A stretch of DNA of 64,000 nucleotides from an uncultured Planctomycetaceae bacterium (lineage in GTDB: Bacteria; Planctomycetota; Planctomycetia; Isosphaerales; Isosphaeraceae), in NCBI GenBank assembly GCA_963833985.1, contig CAWIAD010000001.1, positions 672,001 to 736,000 of the forward strand. Direction: 5' to 3'. This document shows positions 21,390 to 30,190 of the stretch, one piece after another; position 1 is the first letter of the stretch, and each line of letters opens with the position of its first letter. The notes under the pieces are model-generated. The model made no database searches and was not told the origin of the DNA. It saw only the letters and a list, made by a program, of their open reading frames with translations. The translations under genes and the position numbers were made by a program.

Positions 21390-22583
21390 CTATGGCTTGT
21401 TCCACGTCAGTTGCGTCACTCTCGGCTCAGCAAATTGAGGGCTGCATTTCTTCATCAGGTCGCCGAGGTCACTCGTCAGCTCCGTGGTTGAAGGCAGTAA
21501 GAATCCCTCCGGTCGCGTGATGCGAATGGATTTGTCGTCCTTCAGCTCCAGCTCACAGGCCGTCCTCAACCGCATGTTCGAGTCGAGGAAACGCCGGACC
21601 TTCCAGAGCGATAGCACGATCAGTAGATTCACAGCGTTCTCGCCCAAGCCGTATCCGCGAATCTGTGCGAGGTCGAGACTGAAAAACGCGGTGATGGACT
21701 TGGCGGTGAATTCCGTGCGGTGGAAAGGAACGTTACCGTAGCCGCTCTTGGCATCCACTCCGGCCACACTCGGTTTGGGCAGGGCACGGTCGAACTTGAC
21801 CCCACCGCTGTCTGCCCGACCGACGCCACTCGCCTCGATGAACGAGGAGAGAGCCCGTGGGTGCCTCAGCCGGCCCGCGATCTTTTCAAGAAACACTCCA
21901 TGAACCAGGGAGTTTGGGTCGTACTTGAAGCAAACCGCGGCAAGCCTACGGAGGTTGACCACGCCGGCCACGTCGTCGCGGTCTGTGTCACCTGTACCAG
22001 CAGCCTCTTCCGTTGCGGGCTGGGTTGTCGCGCCCCGGCGACCTTGCGAGCGGCGAGCGGGCGCCGCTACCACGGCCATGCCCAGTTCCGGCTTGAGAAC
22101 GTCCGAGAAACTGGTTCCAGTTGGGATCTCCACCTCCTCGTCATCCCCGGACCCTGACCTACTGAGTTTAACGGTGACCTTTCGCTCGGTCGCTCCGTTC
22201 ATGATGTAAGGCGAATTGAGACGGTGGAACTCAAGTATGCTGCAAGTGGTGTCGGTACCGTTACCGAGACCGGCGAGATTCACCTTGACGTAAGGAATCC
22301 CCGGCGCCTTCGTCGCTGCCCTGCTCTCGGCGCCGTTGACTTCAACCATCAGGTCGGCGACAAGATTATCGTTTGCTTCATCCCAGCACACGGATTCAAG
22401 TCGGTTGGCCATTGACTGGGCGGACTCGACCAACAGCATGGAGTTGCCGTCCGGCGCGTCGTACGTGGCCGGGCCAAGGTCCGGAAAGCCGGTTGGCTGG
22501 ATACGCGTGCCCGCCACGGGTTTAAGCGCGGCTTCGATCAGAATGCGTGGCTTGTCTTGAAGTCCCCTGAAGTCTGTGAACAT
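21390..22583 (-). CDS. csb1: Type I-G Csb1 (Cas7 backbone)
   Basis: RIQPTGFPDLG, LLVESAQSMANRLE, HRLNSPYI, DPNSLVHGVF, GNVPFHR, LRTACEL. Confidence 0.93.
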   Translation of the reverse strand: MFTDFRGLQDKPRILIEAALKPVAGTRIQPTGFPDLGPATYDAPDGNSMLLVESAQSMANRLESVCWDEANDNLVADLMVEVNGAESRAATKAPGIPYVKVNLAGLGNGTDTTCSILEFHRLNSPYIMNGATERKVTVKLSRSGSGDDEEVEIPTGTSFSDVLKPELGMAVVAAPARRSQGRRGATTQPATEEAAGTGDTDRDDVAGVVNLRRLAAVCFKYDPNSLVHGVFLEKIAGRLRHPRALSSFIEASGVGRADSGGVKFDRALPKPSVAGVDAKSGYGNVPFHRTEFTAKSITAFFSLDLAQIRGYGLGENAVNLLIVLSLWKVRRFLDSNMRLRTACELELKDDKSIRITRPEGFLLPSTTELTSDLGDLMKKCSPQFAEPRVTQLTWNKP

Positions 22584-22585
22584 GG

Positions 22586-24800
22586 TTACTCCTCGATCTC
22601 GGGTGGATAGAGAACGGCGTTCGCAATTGTCTCGAGGTCACGGTAGGAGAGCGGAAACAGCATTGCCGCGAGTAGCCGCTCGGCCGGGATAGCGGACTCT
22701 ACGGCCAGCGACCGCCGAGCCATTTGGCGGTTCCGGAATCCATGCACGAGTCGGCCGCTGGATTTCAGCCGTCGGGCCGCACGATCGACGCACCTCCCGA
22801 CCGCATCGGGCTGACCTGTGGCGAGGATGTGAAATACACTGGGATCGGGCTTGGCCTCTGGATCTTCACCGACACAGATCTTCCAACCGTCGCTGGAGGC
22901 GTCGATTACCCGCGGTTCGACGAGCAGCCGGGGCACGCCAAACTCGAATGGCACCTCCCCGTCTCCGCTCGGCAATTCGAAGGCGACAGCGGACCAATCG
23001 ACAGCCGACAAGCCCCAGGTGAGGTCGTCCACTTTGGCGTCGTCGATTTCGTACCGAAGGAATGCGACAACATCTCCCAGCCTCGCTGGGCGGGGCGAGT
23101 AGAGTGGTACCCCTGCCCGCCCCCAGGTCTCGGGATCTCGGAACGCTTCCATCAATCGGCGGCGAAAGACGGCGCCAAGATTGGCATGAAGCGGTCGTTT
23201 CAGCCACACCGCAGACGTACTGCCCGGGGACCAGCTGACGGATTTGGTCGCCTCAACTTCTTCAAGGTAGGCGCGCAGTGGACCGACATGGCCGTGTGCC
23301 TGAATACCCGCGAGACTTGTTGCGAGTCGAAACTCCGGGCTGAGGTCGTTCGCCTGTGCAAGCCATCCGTTGTCCAACATCTGAAGCGGACGGAGATACT
23401 TGTCCTTGCAGAAGGCCAGCCCGTTCGCGAGTGTCCGCTCCGCGCTGACCGAGAGCACGCAGCACCTCAACCAGGAACTTCGCGTCGTCGCCCTTTTCGC
23501 TTCGACTTGCAAACCTGTAGATTGCTCCGTCGACCTGTCGCAGCGTAGTCTGGTAGCGGGCTGGGGTCCTATCCTTATCCCGGCAGGCGATGCGAAGACG
23601 GTCAAGCCACTCCCAAAGCCGAGGATCGTTGAGCAGCCGAGCGTGCGGACGGAGTGTCACTGCGACACGTCCGAGAGGCGCCGCCAGAAATGCCAGCCCA
23701 TTTCGCTTCAGGAACCCATAGCGCGCGAAGGAATCCAACCCGCTCCCAACCCCCAGCAGGTTGACGGCCAAGGCGAACTCGATCGCATTTTGAGCCTGTC
23801 GCCGTCCGAGCTGAGCGCGACCTTCTGCAAACAGGTGTTCGATCTCCCCGAACCCCGCCGGCTCACGCCACAACGGCAGCCACAACTCGGACCGCGAGGC
23901 GTCGGTGGTTTCTTCGGTAGCTGCCGCGGACCCATACCCGACCGCGACCGAAAGGACACTGAACGGGAACACGGCCCGTCCAGGACTGTTGGCCCCGAGC
24001 CTACCAGGACTGTTGGCCCCGAGCCTGCGGGCGACAGAGCCGGCGAATAGCAACGCCCCTTCAATCATCAGCACGAAGTCCCAGGGGTTCACTCGCGAGT
24101 CGGCTTCGAACTTCCCTTGAGTGCCGTTTGCTCCGCCGATTCCGCCTGGATTGAACTGACCAATCGATGTCCTTCCCAACTCGACCATGTTGTCCGCGAA
24201 CAACGCGGCAGCGAGGCTTTGTTGCGAGTCGGACGTGGGTTGTGTGCCTGTAGCAAACGGAATGACGTCAGCCAACCGCTGCATAAAGTTGTTGGTAAAG
24301 TCGAGCCGGCCGTCGTTACCGCCTGTGCCAAGGAGTGGGAAGAAGCTCGGACCATCCTCTCCCAGTACAAAGCAGACATCGAGCCAGGGAACGACCTCGT
24401 CGGCGAGCTCAGAGCGGCAGCGAACGAGGAGTGATTCCTTCGCTTCACCCTTGGGCTTGGTTTTTGGAGCAAACGCGCGGATACGGCCGATGGTCTCGCG
24501 ATACAAAGTGAGCCGTTCGGCCGTTGATTGAGCGATGGCGTCGAGCGGATCGGCTCCGCCTCCGTAGAACCCGCTCCCTCCGTTCCAGGGCGCAGTAATC
24601 GGGGTCGGGCGGTATTGCTCGAGGAAGAACTGCGTTAGCCCCTCGCGGCCAAGCTGACCGTGCAGGTGAGCAATCCCGCCTGACCAGGAAAGGCGTGCGT
24701 CCGGGTCGCCCTGCTCGGCAACCAATCGGAACACCCCGAGTGTCTTCAAGTAACCCATGAGAGGCTCTGGCGTGCAGCCCGTGAGTGCAACCTCAGCCAT
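22586..24800 (-). CDS. csx17: Type I-G large subunit Csx17/Cas8g (apparent frameshift near 23445)
   Basis: LTGCTPEPLMGYLKTLGVFRLVAEQ.D, PWNGGSGFY, PLLGTGGNDGRLDFTNNFM, NPWDFVLMIEG, ELWLPLW, EFRLA.SLA; start overlaps cas3 stop. Confidence 0.9.
23980..24026. repeat. 23-bp direct repeat with 24-bp period inside csx17
   Basis: CCAGGACTGTTGGCCCCGAGCCT at 23980-24002 and 24004-24026; gives RLGANSPG twice in frame. Confidence 0.9.
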
Positions 24801-27182
24801 TCCCGGCCTCCTTTCGGCTTGCCCGCGCATCGGCCGCGCGCAGGAGCGCTTCTAGGTACGCCAGCTTGAATGGTCCGAGATCCGCCAGGAGTTTCAGCGC
24901 CTGGGCAGTCCAACTGCCGTCTCCGCCCAATTGCATCGGCGACAGGTCCAGGACTGTGGCAGGACACATCTCCCCGCCACCGAGATCAACCTCGGGCATC
25001 TGATCGCCGTCGCGAACGCCAAGGGCGAAACGAATCACTGTGTCAGTCGGCGGTTCCTCGCCAGGAAGCGCCCGGATCACCAGTCGCACTCGGCCGTGGT
25101 GGGCGGCGATCAGGTAGGCTACGGCGAACGGCCAATCCTCAAGGTTTTGCAGTACGGCCAAGGCCGAGCCGAGTTCATGTCGGAATTGTTTCCGACCGTA
25201 ATTCCCGTAGTTCAGTCGACCTCTGCGACCGGATTTGGCAAGCAACCTGGATGGGTCAGGGTTCTCAGGTTCATACATTGCCTTCTGCGAAACCGGAAGC
25301 GCCTTTCCAACGTCGTGCCATTGAGCGGCTCTCACGAGTTGACTTTGCCATCCGTCAAGCCATTTGCCTAGTTGGTTGCATATTCCGGACATTTCATAGC
25401 AGACGTGCTGGGTGTGCTCTTCAATGGTCAGGGCAACCGGAATGGTCGATTTGGGATCAGAATTGACGGCTTCCTCGTTCACTTTTTCTTTCGGTGGTAG
25501 CGGCGTTACTGTCTCCTTGCTTTCTTCATCCCAACCTCTTCCGGTCGCCGACACAGTGTCCCAGTCATAGCCACCAGCCGTAACCGGCAACAGTATCGTC
25601 AGACCGGGCCGGATTTCATGTTTAGGGTCGCGCACTTGCCGCCACCGGTCATCGAGGTAGTCCCAGACGAAACCTTGGACCTTCTCCTTGTTCAGGAACG
25701 CCTTGATGCTTCCGACGGGCACGTTGCACAGTTCCCGTCGCACTGGCGACACCTCCCAACTTTCTGCCGTTATGTCTCGCCAGAAGACTTGGACGTCGCT
25801 GTCCGGGTCATCGCCACGGACGAACCTCTGGATGTCGATATCGTTTCCGGACAGATCTGGTGCTGTGTCAAACAGATCGAGCAGGTCCTTGCGGCGAAGG
25901 ACGTGAGTGTGCATGAAAGGTAGCGTGATGGATCGATCTCGTTTGAAGTCGTCGAGAGCCCTTGGAGACACATCACATCCACCGAGGGCAACCAACTGCT
26001 CGCGAGCGAACGCAAGGGCGACCGGCTCGTACGGGGCCGCTCGCTTCTCGGTGTCTAGGTCGATCCAGAAGACGCGTCCGGGTGCATCATCGCCCGTGCG
26101 GTTACATCGGCCGATGCGCTGCACGACGCTAGCCCAGGGAGCCAGTTCCGTAATCAACGTGCGGGCGGAGATGTCCACTCCAGCCTCGACGACCTGCGTG
26201 GCTACAATGATTCGGTCCGATTTCTCGTTCGTAAGCTTGTCGTTCAGGATTTGCCGCTCGGCAGGGCGAAATCGTGAGTGGATGAGCAAGACATCTTTTG
26301 GAGCAGCCATGTCTTTCTTGATGGCTGCGTACAAATCATTCGCTCTCGCAACTGTGTTCATCACAACGAGAGTCTGCGTACCGGCCACGTGGTGCCTTAC
26401 GACCTGGTGCGAAACTTCCTTCCCATCCGCGGTCGGGTTAACCATCAAGGGCTCGAGCTTTTTCTCCGCCGTCATCCGCTTGTAAAGGGATCTCTTCGGG
26501 TCGTAATCATCATCGGATAATTCCAGCGCCCCATGAGGAAACCGACCAGCAAAATCAATCGTATCGAGCCATTCCGGCTCCAGCGTGGCTGACATCCAGA
26601 CCGACGTGCAGGAGCCGGAGGTGCCCAGCGCGGCTCGTAACCCCGCCAATTGTGCGGATGTCGATACACCAGCGCCCATGAGCTGAGGTTCGTCAAAAAC
26701 CCATACGCAATCGTTGTTCAGCATGCCGAAGTCGATTGGCCAGTGGAACCGACTGGCGGAATACCCGCGATTGAGTGCACGGGACAACAGCATGTCCTGC
26801 GTGCCAATCAAGATCGCTGGTCTCTCTGGGTGCAAGTACCAGTCAGCCGTGTCCACGCCTCCCATCAACACGTGGACCTCTACCGCATCGACCTCTCGGC
26901 CCATATTACTGATCCAGCCGCGAGCCGCCCTTTCTGACTGCTCCACGAGGACTCGCATCGGTAAGCAGTAGACTAGCCGTCTCGGTGTCGGCTTGCCGCT
27001 GTGGAAAAATCGCCACAACCACCCGAGGACTGCCGTAGCAGTCTTCCCGGCTCCGGTGGCGCGCGAACGAGATGCGGGGTCGCATCCGCCTCAGCGAAAC
27101 GCTGCTGGTATGGGAAGGGCATCCGTCCATGTGGCTCGGAGTCGGATCGCGTCGCCTGTTTGAAAAAATCCAAGTAAGTCAT
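24793..27182 (-). CDS. cas3: Type I-G Cas3 (N-terminal SF2 helicase, C-terminal HD nuclease; 1-nt frameshift near 27058)
   Basis: PFPYQ, AP(T)GAGKT restored across the indel, RRLVYCLPMRVLVEQ, DEPQ, MSATL, ATQVVEAGVD, QRIGRCNR; HD domain WHDVGKA, FRHE, AAHHG, LRAAD. Confidence 0.94.
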
Positions 27183-27408
27183 GAGTCATCTCGCAAGGAT
27201 TCTACCAGGGCGTCGTAAGGCTAATCTTGTCGCTTCACGTGCGCGGTTCCACATGAAAGCATGTATGATGTAATTCTGTTACCCCGCAAGTTTTTGATGG
27301 ACGCAATGTACCGAGCGTGAGTGGCCCTGCCGTTCGCCTGAACTATGGTCTCGGACGCAAGGGCAGAGGCTCTGGGGCTGTGGTCGTCCGGGATCGAAGG
27401 GCGGTTCG

Positions 27409-27618
27409 TCAACGGCGAGGCAAACGTTGTCGCTTCCGAAGGTTTAGCAATCGCCGGAGTACCTGCTCCTCATCGGCCTCGACTCTCCGTTGGCGTAGCA
27501 TTTCTAGGAAGCGGTTACGTAGGGTAGGATTAACGAGAATCGTGTCCGCGGATGCGCCGGTTCCGTCCCGGAAGGAGGTGTAGGTCGAAACAAGCTGTTC
27601 ATCATCGAGTGGTTGCAT
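27409..27618 (-). CDS. Small basic 69-aa hypothetical protein heading the cas operon
   Basis: GAGGAGG RBS 6 nt before ATG; sigma70-like promoter upstream; helical, Arg-rich C-terminus RRLLNLRKRQRLPRR. Confidence 0.7.
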   Translation of the reverse strand: MQPLDDEQLVSTYTSFRDGTGASADTILVNPTLRNRFLEMLRQRRVEADEEQVLRRLLNLRKRQRLPRR

Positions 27619-27630
27619 GGCAAGCCTCCT

Positions 27631-27653
27631 CAATCACTTTTCCGTTCTAGTAA
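27631..27653 (-). promoter_or_regulatory. Putative Cascade binding site (TTA PAM plus partial protospacer) for the crRNA-like guide
   Basis: Minus strand TTA|CTAGAACGGAAAAGTGATTG versus spacer CTAGACCGGCAAAGTGACTG: 17/20, mismatches at 6, 10, 18. Confidence 0.75.
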
Positions 27654-27664
27654 ACAACAACTAG

Positions 27665-27694
27665 AGTTTAGTCGCGCACCATTCGCAGCGTCAA
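27665..27694 (-). promoter_or_regulatory. sigma70-like promoter for the 69-aa ORF/cas operon
   Basis: TTGACG (27694-27689), 18-nt spacer, TAAACT (27670-27665); predicted TSS about 27658. Confidence 0.65.
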
Positions 27695-27713
27695 CACCCC
27701 AAAATGTGAACGT

Positions 27714-27822
27714 CCACTTTTCGCCTCGGGTGCGTGGCCCCATTGAAGTCTAGACCGGCAAAGTGACTGTACCCGAGAGGGTCTACACCCCACGGCCCAA
27801 CTGGCCGTGGCCCCATTAGTGA
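27714..27822 (+). ncRNA. CRISPR-like RNA (degenerate repeat - spacer - degenerate repeat mini-array)
   Basis: PsiR1 27714-27749 ends GTGGCCCCATTGAAGT; 36-nt spacer 27750-27785; PsiR2 27786-27822 CACCCCACGGCC-CAACT-GGCCGTGG-CCCCATTAGTGA with compensated stem. Confidence 0.8.
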
Positions 27823-27855
27823 ATAAGCCATGCCATGGACGCATAGTTCCTGGCA

Positions 27856-28863
27856 TCATGAGCCCGGAGTGCATGAAGAAACCTCGTTTCGGTAGTTCCC
27901 GGCCATGGCGCTCGCGTCGGCCTGGACCATCGCGGCGAGCTCTTCGGGTTCCAACACCTTGCAGTCGGGGCCCCAGTACATCACCCAGCGCTTCAGCTCG
28001 CGCAGGTCGTTGACCACGAGACGAAGGACCAAGGCGCCGTCGTCCTGCGGCTCGACGACCTGGCTGGAGTGCCATTGCTTCTCGCGGATCCGGCCGGCAT
28101 GGGCGGGCGTGAATCGAAGCGCGACCTGATACTGGCCGTCGCCCCGGATCGTGCCGAAGCTGGCCGCCATGTAGTCCCTGACCTGGAAGTCCGGCGGGCG
28201 GACGAACGAGGCTCCCGTCTCCTCGGCCGAGCGCAGCGCGCTGCACCTTGAAAAAACGGATCTCGCTGCGCAGGTGGCAAAAACCGATCAAACACCAGTC
28301 GTCGTCGGCCGCCAGGGCCAGGGCGTACGGGTCCACCTCCCTGCTCGCGACGGAGTTCCGGGCCGCCGTCCAGTAAACCATGCGCACCCGGCGTGACTGC
28401 TGGACGGCCGCGACCAGGATGCGAAAGACGCCGGGATCGTAGGACGTCTGAACCCGCGGCAGCACGTCGAGACAACCTGACAGGTCCTCCAGGGACACCT
28501 CGACCTGCTCGGGAAGGCTCCGGGCGATCTTCTTCAGCGCCTGCCTCAGGTCGTGCTCGAACGGCGTACCACGATACAGGTTCATCACCTGGGCCGAGAT
28601 CAACAGCGCCACCAGCTCGCCGCGCGTTGCCGCGAAGTACGAGAGTCTGTAGGACGAATCCGCGTAAAAATAGCCGTTCCGCGCCTATCAAATTCCAGAG
28701 GGGCGCGCAGGCGGTTGCGCATGAACTCGATGTCCCGCTGGACTGTCCGGGCCGAGACCTCCATCATCCGTCCCAGGGTCCGGGCGTTGGGATACTCGCG
28801 GCCCAGAACGGCCGAGTCGATCACCTGGACCCGTTCGATCGGGGGTCTCGTCGATCCGCGCAT
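27856..28863 (-). CDS. HTH-WYL-WCX transcriptional regulator (several apparent frameshifts)
   Basis: HTH YPNARTLGRMMEVSARTVQRDIEFMR; WYL REVDPYAL...WCLIGFCHLRSEIRFFKVQR; WCX IREKQWHSSQ...WVMYWGPDCKVLEPEEL; split over three frames. Confidence 0.88.
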
Positions 28864-29904
28864 TGTCGACGCTTCCTGTTCCAGCTTGCTCTGCCAGTTC
28901 GCGCTCGCCGCTCGCTGAACGGCCGTTGACGCAAGGCCCCGCGTCTGCCTTCATCGTAGCGGGGGGGGTGCGACAACGATGGTCGTGGCAAGAAAAAATC
29001 AAAGTAAGAATGTCCTGGTCTGCGTGTGCGTGCGGCGGGACGAGGCCGCACCCCCGCCGGCTCGAGCCGGTGCCTCTTCACTCGGATCAACGACGAACTG
29101 TACGCAAGACCAGATCGCACCGTATCACGCGCAGCGGTGAGTGTCAACAACCATGGAGCAAGGGCAACTGGCGGAGGCGGACGGCACGAGTTCAAGAAAA
29201 TGGGAGATTTTGGAAAAAAACCTCAAGGGAGGCAGATCGTTCGGTCGCGGGTAGCGGATGCTAGTAGATAGGGGGCATTCTCAGCGCGGGCAGGGCCGCG
29301 CGGCGTGAACCGCGGAAGATCGACGAGAATGCCCGCAGCTTGATCCGTGGTCAGAACGGGTGGCGGCATCCAGAGCTGCACGAAAAACACGGAGCGAAGC
29401 CAATTTTCATGATCTACATAACTCTTACGCCATAAGGACTTACGTCATGAAATTGGGTTCCGCGACGATCGGGAACGAACCCAATTTCGCGACGGGAAGT
29501 GCCGGGCTGGGCCGCCGCACGGTCCGCATGCGCTCGATGAGTATGCCGGCAGGACCGGCGGTCCCGAGGAGGCGGAACACGATCAAGTGGGCCTGGAAAG
29601 AAGAGATCAACCCAGACGCCGCCGGGCGCATGCAATCACGGTGCCGACCGCGACCGGGAAAGTAATCAAGGAGTACTACAAGGAACAGCCCACGGGACCG
29701 CACGCCGGTGATGTCTTGCAGCCGATTCGCCCGCTTCCACAAGGCCCCACCATCTCCACCGCCGGGGAAGGCTCGCAAACGGCGCCCCCGGTCCGCGCGG
29801 CCACGGCGCCCCTTGATATGTCAAAGGACGAGATATGTCAAAGGCCGAGCTGGAGCGCGCTTCGACAGCTCCGCCTGAGTTGATCATCCCGAAGGAGCCA
29901 TTGA

Positions 29905-30075
29905 ATGAGCAGCGCGGCCCTCACCTCGTCAGCGGTTCACCGGCCAGCGGTCAACCCCTGGCTCGTTGCCACAGCCGTGGTCGTGCCCACGTTCATGGAG
30001 TTCCTGGACATCACGGTCTACGTTACCTCCCTGCGGTACATCGCCGGCGGGCTGTCGGCTACGGAGGTCGATTGA
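29905..30075 (+). pseudogene. N-terminal fragment of a DHA2/EmrB-type MFS efflux permease
   Basis: AAGGAG RBS; MSSAALTSSAVHRPAVNPWLVATAVVVPTFMEFLDITVYVTSLRYIAGGLSATEVD* then stop, 2 nt before the MITE-like element. Confidence 0.7.
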
Positions 30076-30077
30076 GC

Positions 30078-30190
30078 CTAAATAGCTCCCCGTAAGAGGG
30101 AAAGTGTGGAACGGCCGCCCTCGGCCGTCCTGAGCCAGCCGAGGGCGGCTGGCCCACATTCCACATTCCAAGAGGCGAGGATCTATTTAG
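30078..30190. mobile_element. MITE/REPIN-like element, copy 1 (113 bp)
   Basis: Ends CTAAATAG...CTATTTAG; internal palindrome GCCGCCCTCGGC...GCCGAGGGCGGC; near-identical to 47457-47562. Confidence 0.8.

Noticed and set aside
27668..28240. C-terminal part of the listed 314-aa ORF running through the mini-array
   Set aside because: Out-of-frame read-through after a WYL frameshift; the true WCX C-terminus ends at 27856
17636..28863. Calling cas1, cas3, csx17 and WYL pseudogenes
   Set aside because: Same indel pattern occurs in housekeeping genes, motifs are intact and the array is homogeneous
29587..29883. ORF containing KVIKEYYKEQPTGPHAGDV
   Set aside because: Possibly a gene remnant, but no recognisable family, start or RBS
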